Positions 9,286 through 18,272 of a stretch of DNA of 64,000 bases are shown here, one piece after another; position 1 is the first letter of the stretch, and each line of letters opens with the position of its first letter. A model generated the notes under the pieces. That model had not been told where the DNA came from. It ran no database searches and worked only from the letters and a program-made list of their open reading frames with translations. Source of the stretch: Bacteroidales bacterium (lineage in GTDB: Bacteria > Bacteroidota > Bacteroidia > Bacteroidales > Muribaculaceae); contig DXYS01000006.1 of NCBI GenBank assembly GCA_019415705.1, positions 30,618 through 94,617 on the forward strand, written 5' to 3'. Made by a program: the position numbers and the translations under genes.

Positions 9286-10761
9286 ATGAAGAAAACTTTA
9301 CTTCTTATGGCCGCCCTCTTCGCAGGTGCGTTCACAGTTTCGGCTCAAGAGCCCGTAGAGCCTGTAGAGCCCACTCCTTTCGTACAGCGTGACGAGGTCA
9401 AACCTCAGGCCATCCCCGGCGACCTCACACTCGGCGACTGCAAAATCACAGTAATGCAGGGCGAGACTCCCGCCAAGACTGTCTATGCAGCTCCCGGCGA
9501 AGACTCAAAATGGGAAGGCGCCACACTCGGCAATACAAACAACGGCTACACAATCGAGTATAACGTTACTTCGACCGAGGCCTCTTACTACATCATCACA
9601 TTCATGACCGGCTCGAAGAACAACGGCAGCTCGCTCGACCTCGAGATTCTCAACGGCACAACTTCTGTCTGGAAAGGCACAATGAACGTCCCCAACAACG
9701 GTCAGTGGTCAGGACGCAACTGGGCTAACCCCTATTGCATCGTCGACACAGAGATTCCCGCAGGCTCTTATAACTTCGTCATCACCTGCAAACAGGAAGA
9801 CCCTGCAGCTAACGTGGTCAACATCGCCGGCATCAACTTCGCAGCACGCTCTGAAGTCCCCGAAACCAGCGAGCTCTACACCGCCTGCACTCTTATGACT
9901 GCCTCAGGTGAAGAAGACGGCACCGAAGCCGGCTCTATAGTCGTAGCTCCTGCAATGGACAGCTACATCTCAGGTACAGAAATCACTCTGACCGCACGCG
10001 CCAACACAGGCTACAAATTCCTCTACTTCGTCAACAACTCAGTGCCCGACACTCATATCGAGGAAAACCCCTACAAGTTCAACATCGGCTCTGACGCCAA
10101 CGACTTCACTGCTTACTTCGAGGAGTTAGACATGATGAATCCTATCCCCGGCACAATGTCGCTCGACAAAGCTTATGACGTTGTAGGCTTTGGTAAAGGC
10201 AAAGAGTGGAACGTGACTGCAAATGGCAAAATCGCCGAAGTAGGTAGCTCGGAGTTCATTGCTACTGATAATATTCAGTATTTCAGCGACATGCGCCAGC
10301 CCTCATCAGCTTGCTTCAAAGTTGATGTAAAACAGGCCGGTTCTTATACCGTAACATTCGGTGCTGCGACAAAGAATGAGGGCTCATCAATAGCTTTCAC
10401 TCTTACAGATGCTGATAATGAAGCTAATGTTGTAAACGTAGGGCCCTTCACCTCTAAAACAGACTTCGCAATTTCAGGCCAGTGGAAAAACTTCCAAATG
10501 GTTAAGAGCCAGCCCTTCACCCTCACAGCCGGTAAGAAAGTCCTTAAACTCGACTTCAAAGGTGCAACTGCAGGTAAAGAGACTCTCAATCTCTGCAACA
10601 TCAGCTTCGCTCTCGAAGGCAGCAGCGGCATCGATGATATCGTAGTCGGCGAAGGCGAAATCAACGGTGAGGTCAAGGCTTACAACCTGCAGGGCATCGA
10701 GGTCGCTCCCGACACCAAAGGTCTCATCATCATCAACGGCAAAAAAGTTTACAACAAATAA
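9286..10761 (+). CDS. Secreted non-catalytic carbohydrate-binding protein (two CBM-like beta-sandwich modules) with T9SS C-terminal domain
   Basis: 491 aa with signal peptide MKKTLLLMAALFAGAFTVSAQ. Two CBM-like modules are separated by the InlB-B-repeat-like segment GSIVVAPAMDSYISGTEITLTARANTGYKFLYF. The C-terminus is KAYNLQGIEVAPDTKGLIIINGKKVYNK. I recognised no catalytic motif. Confidence 0.6.
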   Translation: MKKTLLLMAALFAGAFTVSAQEPVEPVEPTPFVQRDEVKPQAIPGDLTLGDCKITVMQGETPAKTVYAAPGEDSKWEGATLGNTNNGYTIEYNVTSTEASYYIITFMTGSKNNGSSLDLEILNGTTSVWKGTMNVPNNGQWSGRNWANPYCIVDTEIPAGSYNFVITCKQEDPAANVVNIAGINFAARSEVPETSELYTACTLMTASGEEDGTEAGSIVVAPAMDSYISGTEITLTARANTGYKFLYFVNNSVPDTHIEENPYKFNIGSDANDFTAYFEELDMMNPIPGTMSLDKAYDVVGFGKGKEWNVTANGKIAEVGSSEFIATDNIQYFSDMRQPSSACFKVDVKQAGSYTVTFGAATKNEGSSIAFTLTDADNEANVVNVGPFTSKTDFAISGQWKNFQMVKSQPFTLTAGKKVLKLDFKGATAGKETLNLCNISFALEGSSGIDDIVVGEGEINGEVKAYNLQGIEVAPDTKGLIIINGKKVYNK

Positions 10762-10784
10762 TAAACTCACGCCATAAACCCACT

Positions 10785-10821
10785 GACGCGCCGACTCTTA
10801 CGAGCCGGCGCGTCTTCGTTT
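10785..10821 (+). terminator. Terminator after the CBM protein gene
   Basis: Stem gacgcgccg (10785-10793) pairs with cggcgcgtc (10806-10814), followed by ttcgttt. Confidence 0.7.
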
Positions 10822-10923
10822 AAACCCCGGCAGAGATGGGCAGATATTTTGCTTAATTCTAAAAATAATCGTAAATAAGTCATTTTGTAACAAAAAATAC
10901 ACCCATACGTGCAATTAATGCAT

Positions 10924-10931
10924 TATCTTTG
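10924..10931 (+). promoter_or_regulatory. -7 box TATCTTTG with no CDS behind it
   Basis: TAnnTTTG match. The next CDS (11208) has its own -7 box at 11163-11170, and a terminator lies in between. Confidence 0.5.
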
Positions 10932-10937
10932 CATCAG

Positions 10938-11117
10938 AAAATCAAAGATAGAAATTGGTTTAAAAATTAGGTTTAAACAAGACAGACTGATAATACAACA
11001 AATTTGGTTTAGGTTAATAGGAAGAAAAACAGTCTCCAAAGAAGGTACTGTGATGAAGAAAAGTTCTTAAACAAGGCCGGGTCGACCGCAGTTGATTGCG
11101 TTCGGCCCGTTTTTTTA
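10938..11117 (+). ncRNA. Candidate ~180-nt small RNA (or attenuating leader) upstream of the GH3 gene
   Basis: Bounded by the -7 box at 10924-10931 and a terminator: stem gggtcgaccgc (11079-11089) pairs with gcgttcggccc (11098-11108), followed by gttttttt. It contains four GGTT(T/A)A motifs and no ORF above 6 codons. Confidence 0.35.
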
Positions 11118-11162
11118 TCCCTTTGTGTCAACTAATACTCCCTAATAACGACTAATCGTCAA

Positions 11163-11170
11163 TAACTTTG
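11163..11170 (+). promoter_or_regulatory. -7 box TAACTTTG for the GH3 gene
   Basis: TAnnTTTG match 38 nt upstream of ATG 11208. Confidence 0.5.
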
Positions 11171-11207
11171 AATATCCAAACCATGATAATAATCACAATC
11201 CGACCCA

Positions 11208-13787
11208 ATGAATCCGATACTGAAAAAACTGACAATCGCCGTCGCAATTGCCGCTATGGCATCAATGACTTCGCGAGCGGACACCGCTTTGCCCTATCAG
11301 AATCCGCAGCTGAGCGCCGACGAGCGTGCCGCTGACCTCTGCTCGCGTCTGACGACCGACGAGAAGGTCAAACTGATGATGAACTCATCGCCGGCCATAG
11401 AACGTCTCGGCATCCCCGCCTTCGACTGGTGGAGCGAGGCCCTGCACGGCGTCGGTCGCAACGGACTCGCTACTGTCTTCCCGTCGTGCATCGGCATGGC
11501 CGCCTCATTCAACGACTCGCTGATTTATGACGTATTCACCGCCGTCAGCGACGAGGCCAGAGCCAAAAACACGATAGCACGCCGTAACGGCCGTGTCGGC
11601 AAATACCGCTGTCTGTCATTCTGGACGCCGACCGTCAACATCTTCCGTGACCCTCGCTGGGGGCGCGGGCAGGAAACATACGGCGAAGACCCGTATATGA
11701 ACGGCCGCATGGGCTCTGTCGTCATCAAAGCCTTACAGGGTCCGTCAGACACAAGCTATCGCAAACTGCTTGCATGCGCCAAGCATTTTGCCGTGCACAG
11801 CGGCCCCGAGAAAACCCGACACAGCCTCAACATCGAGAATCTGCCGGCGCGTGACCTTTGGGAGAGTTATCTGCCGGCCTTCAAAGACCTCATCGACGCC
11901 GACGCGCGCGAGGTTATGTGCGCCTATCAGCGTTTCGAGGGCGATCCGTGCTGCGGCTCAGACCGCCTGCTCCAGCAGATTCTGCGCGAGGAGTGGGGCT
12001 TTGACGGTCTGGTGGTAACCGACTGCGGCGCCATTACCGACTTCCACGGCAAAAACAAACACGGCGTCTCGCCTGATGCCGCCGCTGCCTCGGCAAAAGC
12101 CGTCCGCTCCGGCTCTGACGTCGAGTGCGGCCAGAATTACCGCGCTCTCCCCGTCGCACTTGAGCGTGGCGAAATCACAATCGACGAAATCGACCGCAGC
12201 GTGCGTCGTCTGCTCAAGGCGCGCTTTGAACTCGGCGACTTCGACCCAGACTCGCTCGTCAGCTGGACGCAGATACCCGAGTCGGTGATCAACTGCAAGG
12301 CTCATCAGGACCTCGCTCTCGAGATGGCACGTCAGCAGACCGTACTGCTCACAAACAAAGGTATTCTGCCGCTTGACCGCAAAGACGGCAAACGCATCAT
12401 GGTCATGGGACCCAACGCCGCCGACTCGACAATGCAGTGGGGCATCTACTACGGCCAGCCCGGTCACACGGTGACAATCCTTGACGGCATCCGGGAGAAA
12501 ATCGGCGACGTAGACTACACCCCCGCCTGCGGCATAACCTCTATGACCGAGAGCGTCAGCATCTTCGACCGCATCGGTCAGCCCGACGGCACGAAAGGTC
12601 TGGCAGCCTCTTACTGGAACAACACCGCTCTCGACGGCGCCCCTGACGTCAAGACCGTATACACCGCTCCCATCCATTTGGACAACGGCGGCAACACGGC
12701 CTTCGCGCCCGGCGTCAACCTCGAGAACTTCAGCACACGCATGCGCGGACGCTTCACGGCCGAAAAGACTGAGGAGCTGACCATCAAATTCGCCAACGAC
12801 GACGGCATGCGCATCATAGTCAACGGCGATACCATCCACAACCGCTGGAAGGTCGACCAGATGAATCTGCGCACACTCGCCCTCAACGTCGAGCAGGGCA
12901 AGACCTACGACATCGAAATCAACTACATGCAACTCACTGACGACGCTACGCTCAACTTTGATATCACCCGTGAGCGCGAGGTGACTCCCGCCGAAATCGT
13001 CAAGCGCGCCGACGGCCACGACATTATCATATTTGTCGGCGGCATCTCGCCGGCCTTGGAGCGCGAGCAGGCACGTGTGACCAATCCGGGTTTTGACAAT
13101 GGCGACCGCACGTCGATCGAGCTGCCTCAGGCCCAGCGCGACATCATCGACGCACTCGTCAAAGCAGGCAAAAAAGTGGTGCTCGTCAACTGCAGCGGCA
13201 GCGCCGTGGCCCTCGCACCCGAGGCCGCGCTCTGCGACGCCATTGTCGAGGCATGGTATCCCGGCGAGCAGGGCGGCTCAGCCATCGCCGATATACTTTT
13301 CGGCGACTGTAACCCCTCGGGCAAGCTCCCCGTGACATTCTACACCTCTGACGCACAGCTGCCCGCCGACTTCGAAGATTACCGCATGACCGGACGCACC
13401 TACAGATATCTGCGCGAGAAGCCGCTCTTTGAGTTCGGACACGGACTGAGCTATACCACCTTTGAGTACGGCAAACAGTCATACAAAGACGGTCGTGTCA
13501 CCGTCAAAATCAAAAATACGGGACGCCGCACCGGCACAGAGACAGTTCAGCTCTATCTGCGCCGCCCGGCCGACACCGAGGGGCCTGCGAAAACCCTCAG
13601 AGGCTATGAGCGCGTGACACTCGAGCCGGGCGAAAGCCGCGCTGTCACAATCGATATGCCGCGTGAGCGCTTTGAGACATGGGACGAAACTGCAGGCCGC
13701 ATGCGTGTCATCGGCGGCGACTATCAGCTGATGGTCGGCTCGTCGAGCGCCGACAAAAACCTCAAGACAATCAATGTAAAGATATAA
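11208..13787 (+). CDS. GH3 beta-glucosidase/beta-xylosidase with PA14-like insert
   Basis: 859 aa. GH3 motifs SEALHGV, FRDPRWGRGQETYGEDP, KHFAVHS and GLVVTDCGA are present. A PA14-like segment lies at about 12598-12975 (AASYWNNTALDG...IKFANDDGMRIIVNGD). A C-terminal Fn3-like domain follows. Confidence 0.9.
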   Translation: MNPILKKLTIAVAIAAMASMTSRADTALPYQNPQLSADERAADLCSRLTTDEKVKLMMNSSPAIERLGIPAFDWWSEALHGVGRNGLATVFPSCIGMAASFNDSLIYDVFTAVSDEARAKNTIARRNGRVGKYRCLSFWTPTVNIFRDPRWGRGQETYGEDPYMNGRMGSVVIKALQGPSDTSYRKLLACAKHFAVHSGPEKTRHSLNIENLPARDLWESYLPAFKDLIDADAREVMCAYQRFEGDPCCGSDRLLQQILREEWGFDGLVVTDCGAITDFHGKNKHGVSPDAAAASAKAVRSGSDVECGQNYRALPVALERGEITIDEIDRSVRRLLKARFELGDFDPDSLVSWTQIPESVINCKAHQDLALEMARQQTVLLTNKGILPLDRKDGKRIMVMGPNAADSTMQWGIYYGQPGHTVTILDGIREKIGDVDYTPACGITSMTESVSIFDRIGQPDGTKGLAASYWNNTALDGAPDVKTVYTAPIHLDNGGNTAFAPGVNLENFSTRMRGRFTAEKTEELTIKFANDDGMRIIVNGDTIHNRWKVDQMNLRTLALNVEQGKTYDIEINYMQLTDDATLNFDITREREVTPAEIVKRADGHDIIIFVGGISPALEREQARVTNPGFDNGDRTSIELPQAQRDIIDALVKAGKKVVLVNCSGSAVALAPEAALCDAIVEAWYPGEQGGSAIADILFGDCNPSGKLPVTFYTSDAQLPADFEDYRMTGRTYRYLREKPLFEFGHGLSYTTFEYGKQSYKDGRVTVKIKNTGRRTGTETVQLYLRRPADTEGPAKTLRGYERVTLEPGESRAVTIDMPRERFETWDETAGRMRVIGGDYQLMVGSSSADKNLKTINVKI

Positions 13788-13814
13788 CTGTCAGCTGCGA
13801 GGTCTTTCTAAGGT

Positions 13815-13854
13815 AAAAAAGCGCGAAGCGCCCGACCATACGGTCTGGCGCTTC
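13815..13854 (-). terminator. Terminator, best read on the minus strand (end of the HTCS transcript), possibly bidirectional
   Basis: Stem gaagcgcc (13825-13832) pairs with ggcgcttc (13847-13854), with an inner gacc/ggtc pair. The A6 run at 13815-13820 reads as a T tract on the minus strand. Confidence 0.55.
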
Positions 13855-13884
13855 CCTTATTTCAATCTTGAAATGTTAATATCA

Positions 13885-14030
13885 AATGAGACGTCCGCTT
13901 TAGCGGTCGGAGCTGCAGAGCAGCGTAGCAAGTTAGCAGCCCCCAAAAAGATACCTATGACTGCGCGTAGCTACGCCACGCTTGTCATAGGCTCACATGC
14001 TATCGCCGCTAAACGCGGCTCTGACGCACC
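13885..14030. repeat. Densely palindromic, structured intergenic element (REP/MITE-like or structured 3'UTR)
   Basis: It contains five hairpins or palindromes: 13895-13906 (ccgctttagcgg), 13912-13924 (gctgc aga gcagc), 13954-13961 pairing with 13984-13991 (cctatgac/gtcatagg), the 12-nt palindrome gcgtagctacgc at 13965-13976, and 14005-14019 (gccgc taaac gcggc). Confidence 0.4.
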
Positions 14031-14055
14031 TAACGGTGCTGTATTTATAACTTAC

Positions 14056-17000
14056 TTACATTGACTCGGAGGCGTCATTCTTACGTTTGGCATGGGCACG
14101 GTACTCCGACGGAGTCATGCCGGTCTCTTTCTTAAAACACTTGGTAAAATACTTCGGATCAGAGAAACCGACATTGAAGGCAATCTGCGAAAAATTGAGT
14201 TTACTGCCCGCAATGAGGTCGGCGGCACGCTGCATGCGTATGTGTCGCAGGAAATCGCTCGGCGACATGCCTACGAGTGACTTAACCTTACCGTAGAAGA
14301 CAGTGCGTCCGAGATTGACCGCCTCGGCAAGTTCCTCAATCTTGAGATTCTCATCATCTATGCGCGCCTCAAGAAATTTGAGCAACCTACTCATCATCTC
14401 CTGATCGGCGTCGGCTATCACGGGCGTGTCAAGACGCCATTTAGATACATCCTGCTCGGGAGCCTGAGCCGGCAGATTCTCTTCAGTCAGACCGACCGGG
14501 GACTCATCAGGCTGACCTGTCGGACTCGTCTCCTCGGATGCCTCAGGCTGCTGAGGACGTTTCTGAATCATCTCCAAGTAAGTATGCTGCAGCATGCGCC
14601 GTTGTAAGATTATATTGGCTATGCGTTGCTTGAGATAGCTCGGCGAGAACGGCTTGGTGATATAATCGTCGATGCCCTCGCGCAGACCCTGCACTCGGTC
14701 GCTGACCGACGCCTTGGCCGAGAGGACGATAATCGGGATATGGCTCAACGACTTATTCTGCTTGATATTATGCACCATTGTCAGGCCGTCCATCTCGGGC
14801 ATCATGACATCAGTAATAATAAAGTCAGGCTGAATATCCTCGGCCATTTTGAGGCCCTGCTTGCCGTTCTCGGCCACATAGACCGTGTAATTCGGAGCAA
14901 GAATATCACGCAGGAAATTGCGCAAATCGTCATTGTCCTCTACAATGAGCAGTCTGACATTCTTGGCCCCGGGGACGGTCTGCAAATCAGGCTCAATGAT
15001 ATGGTCCTGAGGATATTTGCGTATGTCGTTTATACCGACGGTCTCGATGCGGTTCTCGTCTGAGATATATACACCGTTATCCTGACTCCAGCGGAGCATC
15101 TTGTTGACAAGCTCGAGCATATTGTCAGAATTTCTGACAACTTTTTCGAGATGCTTACGGCTCTCTGGCTTAAGCTCGGGCTCCTTGAGGACCTCGCGAA
15201 CGGGAGCCGAGATAAGAGTCAGAGGGGTGCGCAGCTTGTGGCTGACATCAGCGAAAAAGCGTGTCTTCATGCGGTCTAACTCACTATGCAACGCATTTTT
15301 GCGTCGCAGCATATAAATATGGAGCACACCGTAGACAAGGAGCAGACCGAACAATATATACAGAATCTTGGCAATCGAAGTTTCCCAGAATGTCGGCTTG
15401 GCATATATTTCGAGCACCGTGACATTGTCACACCACACTCCGTCGGCATTGGTACTCTTTACCTCGAGATAGTGACGACCCGGACTCATATGCGACAAAT
15501 AGGCTGTGTTGGAGTTCCCTATATATGTCCACTCGCCGTTGTCACGAAGACGATAGGCATACTGCACTGATGCGTCAGCCGAGTAATCGACGGCGGCAAA
15601 CTGCACAGCCACGTTGCGGCGGTCTGAAGGCAAATCTATGCGGTCATGATGAAGGAGTGACAGTCCGTCAGACTCGCCCTGATATGTAAGTTTGGTGAAA
15701 ACGATGTTAGGGCTGAAATCACTGCGGATTATCTCGGACGGAAGGACGGAAATCATGCCGCCCACAGCCCCGAGCCAGATGCGTCCGTCGGCCGGAGCGA
15801 CAGCCGGAAGCGCCTCGGTAAACTCTAAATATTCACCTAATTCGTTAGGCCCGAGAGATATAATCTCGTCGGTTTCAGGCGAATAGACTGACATACTGCC
15901 GTCGCGGACAATATAAATATTACCCGCTTTGTCATCAATCATCGACAGCACGTTGCCGTCACGGAAAACTGAACGCTTGCCCGCACCGCCGGGGCCTAAC
16001 TTGCTGTCTGACTCAAACGGCAGCTGGGGCTGCAACAGATCAGGTGTCTTTATGCGCTGCAGCTCGCCGCCCATGGTAGAGACAAATATGTCGCCCGAGC
16101 GTGTGGCAAGTGCCTGCATGACATTGCTCGTGCGCAGAGATGTCTCGTCACCGGTGCGTCCGGTAGTCGGGAAGTAGGCTATCGACGATGGGTCGTTAAA
16201 ACGGTTTGAGAATGTCAGCAGACCTGTTGTTGTCGACACTATCACGACACCTTTGCCGTCATGGGTGATACGGCGGATATTCTCAAAGCGGTCGAGAGGA
16301 TATGTCGACAGACCGTTACGCTTGTTGAGGAACTTATATGTCCCGTCAGCCTGTCTGACTGCAAGATTCAGGCCTCCGCCATAGGTGCCAATCCAGATAT
16401 TTCCCTTCTCGTCCTCGTCGACCGAGTAAACTGCGTCGCAGCTGATTGCCGACCGGTCTGACGCATCAGGCATATAGTGGTTTAGACGATCACCGCTGAT
16501 GGTGAAGAGGCCGGCGCCCTTCGTTCCGACCCATATTGTGCCGCGCGAATCCTCAAACATGGAGTAAATCTTGTCGGCGAATTTGCGCGGCTCCGTGCTC
16601 TCGGCTATGCGGTCGCCGTTAGCCACTATATAATGCAGCAAACGTCCGTCAGAGTCAAACACCCCGATATAACCCGAGGCCGTACCGGCCCATATGTTAC
16701 CGTTCTCGAGCGCAAGCAGTGAGCGCGTCTCCTGATTTTTGACGAAGGGGACACGGCGCACATCGTGATACTTGAAATTTACGAGCACAAGGTCATGGAA
16801 GGAGCTGAGCCACAGATTATTGTTGGCATCTATAAAGAAACGCTCGATTTCGGGCACATCGGCAAAACCGAAATGTGGCGACTGCAACGCACACGAGACA
16901 ATGCGGTGGTCGAGCTCGTCAAAATATGAGAATACACCTCCGCGAGGCACAAACCATATTGTCCCCGAATTATCCTCAAGCCATATAGGTAAACGCGAGC

Positions 17001-18045
17001 CGGGAGTGCCTTTCGAATCGGGAAGCGACGCAAATCGCTCGACTTTCTTGCCGGAGGCATCTGTAAGCACGATGCCGTCGGCGCTCGTAAACGCCCATAT
17101 ACGCTTTTTAGAGTCTACAAATATGTCTGTGACATTTGCCGCTTGTGTCATAGGCTCACCCACCTCAATAAGCAGCGACGATGTCTTTTTCTTGTCGCGG
17201 ACATAGATGCCGCGGTTGGTGCCGATGAGCAGAGTATTGTCATCAAGGGCCTGCAGGGTGTTGATGCGCGTGCGGTCGGCAGGACTGTTGACCGGATTGA
17301 GTTCCTTGGCACCGGGACGCATTACATAGATGGCACCGTCACCTGTGGCAAGGAATGTGTCGTCACCGACCGACGCTATATGTTCGAAAGCCCCTTCGGC
17401 GGCAATTTTTGTACCATAGAGAGACACGCAGTTGTCATAAAACACCCATTCGCGGCCGGCGGCGTCAGTCTCGACCTTACGTACGTAGCTGTTGGCCTTG
17501 TTGCTCACCGGAGCAGTGCCAAGACCATACACCTCCATGCTGTCGGCTACTGTGGGGGCGTTGTCATTGATTCGCACAGCTGTGCGCCGGCCGTGACCGA
17601 CGACCCATGTATGGCCGTCGGGGGTCGAATATATGTTGCGGGCCTCGAAATCCGTCCCGAGACGCGTCTTGAGAGTAGAGTTAATATTGATGAATTTTGA
17701 CTCTGAAGTGTCAAATAGATATAACTGACGGTCATAAGTTATCAACCAGATATCGCCGTTCGAATTGGGCTTAATCATCAATATGCGGTTAGTCGGCAGC
17801 CAGCCGTTCTCGGGGCTGGAGCGGAAGGTCTCGAAGTTGTAACCGTCATAGTAACAGAGGCCGTTCCATGTCGAAGCCCATATCAGGCCGTCTTTGCTTT
17901 GGGCGATTGTCGACACATTATTGGCCGGGAGACCGTCACGGATATTGAAGGTACGCACACTGCAATAGGGCTGTGCCACGACAGACATAGCCGACATGAT
18001 GGCCACGGCCACACTCACAATAAATTTAGTCATTCTCACGTTCAT
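14056..18045 (-). CDS. Hybrid two-component system regulator (beta-propeller sensor, Y_Y_Y, TM, HisKA, REC, AraC HTH) apparently lacking the HATPase_c domain
   Basis: 1329 aa. It has about 13 propeller-blade motifs (e.g. GDIWLITYD, GTIWVGTKGAGL, GNIWIGTYGGGL), a Y_Y_Y-like YAYRLRDNGEWTYIG, the TM segment IAKILYILFGLLLVYGVLHIYML and the HisKA motif FFADVSHKLRTPLT. The REC domain reads VRLLIVEDNDD...ITDVMMPEMDG. The AraC HTH reads FSDPKYFTKCFKKETGMTPSEYR. Confidence 0.9.
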   Translation of the reverse strand: MNVRMTKFIVSVAVAIMSAMSVVAQPYCSVRTFNIRDGLPANNVSTIAQSKDGLIWASTWNGLCYYDGYNFETFRSSPENGWLPTNRILMIKPNSNGDIWLITYDRQLYLFDTSESKFININSTLKTRLGTDFEARNIYSTPDGHTWVVGHGRRTAVRINDNAPTVADSMEVYGLGTAPVSNKANSYVRKVETDAAGREWVFYDNCVSLYGTKIAAEGAFEHIASVGDDTFLATGDGAIYVMRPGAKELNPVNSPADRTRINTLQALDDNTLLIGTNRGIYVRDKKKTSSLLIEVGEPMTQAANVTDIFVDSKKRIWAFTSADGIVLTDASGKKVERFASLPDSKGTPGSRLPIWLEDNSGTIWFVPRGGVFSYFDELDHRIVSCALQSPHFGFADVPEIERFFIDANNNLWLSSFHDLVLVNFKYHDVRRVPFVKNQETRSLLALENGNIWAGTASGYIGVFDSDGRLLHYIVANGDRIAESTEPRKFADKIYSMFEDSRGTIWVGTKGAGLFTISGDRLNHYMPDASDRSAISCDAVYSVDEDEKGNIWIGTYGGGLNLAVRQADGTYKFLNKRNGLSTYPLDRFENIRRITHDGKGVVIVSTTTGLLTFSNRFNDPSSIAYFPTTGRTGDETSLRTSNVMQALATRSGDIFVSTMGGELQRIKTPDLLQPQLPFESDSKLGPGGAGKRSVFRDGNVLSMIDDKAGNIYIVRDGSMSVYSPETDEIISLGPNELGEYLEFTEALPAVAPADGRIWLGAVGGMISVLPSEIIRSDFSPNIVFTKLTYQGESDGLSLLHHDRIDLPSDRRNVAVQFAAVDYSADASVQYAYRLRDNGEWTYIGNSNTAYLSHMSPGRHYLEVKSTNADGVWCDNVTVLEIYAKPTFWETSIAKILYILFGLLLVYGVLHIYMLRRKNALHSELDRMKTRFFADVSHKLRTPLTLISAPVREVLKEPELKPESRKHLEKVVRNSDNMLELVNKMLRWSQDNGVYISDENRIETVGINDIRKYPQDHIIEPDLQTVPGAKNVRLLIVEDNDDLRNFLRDILAPNYTVYVAENGKQGLKMAEDIQPDFIITDVMMPEMDGLTMVHNIKQNKSLSHIPIIVLSAKASVSDRVQGLREGIDDYITKPFSPSYLKQRIANIILQRRMLQHTYLEMIQKRPQQPEASEETSPTGQPDESPVGLTEENLPAQAPEQDVSKWRLDTPVIADADQEMMSRLLKFLEARIDDENLKIEELAEAVNLGRTVFYGKVKSLVGMSPSDFLRHIRMQRAADLIAGSKLNFSQIAFNVGFSDPKYFTKCFKKETGMTPSEYRAHAKRKNDASESM

Positions 18046-18182
18046 TACGTGTTTTTGGGGTCATTAAGGTTATACATGCAAAGATATTGAAAATGTAAAA
18101 CCTACAACCGAAAAGACGGTAAAAAAAATGCTTTTACCCATTTAACGCTAATTTTTCCACCTGTCGCGCGTATAGAATTTTT

Positions 18183-18190
18183 GATATTTG
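18183..18190 (+). promoter_or_regulatory. Possible -7 box GATATTTG for the susC/susD operon
   Basis: nAnnTTTG match 83 nt upstream of ATG 18273. Confidence 0.35.
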
Positions 18191-18272
18191 CACTACGAAA
18201 AACATAACCGCGAGATTCAAAAGTTTATAATAAACCTACATACACTATCACAAATAACCTAAAAATAATATC

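Noticed and set aside
9349-9372. Short in-gene low-complexity repeats (EPVEPVEP at the 9286 gene, NLNLNLNLKL in SusC near 21961-22000).
   Set aside because: These are trivial linker or beta-strand low-complexity segments within intact reading frames, not independent features.
13873-14064. A 63-codon ORF across the palindromic element downstream of the HTCS.
   Set aside because: The sequence is dominated by nested hairpins. The translation is Ala-rich with no motif, and it overlaps the HTCS stop. I treated it as non-coding structure.
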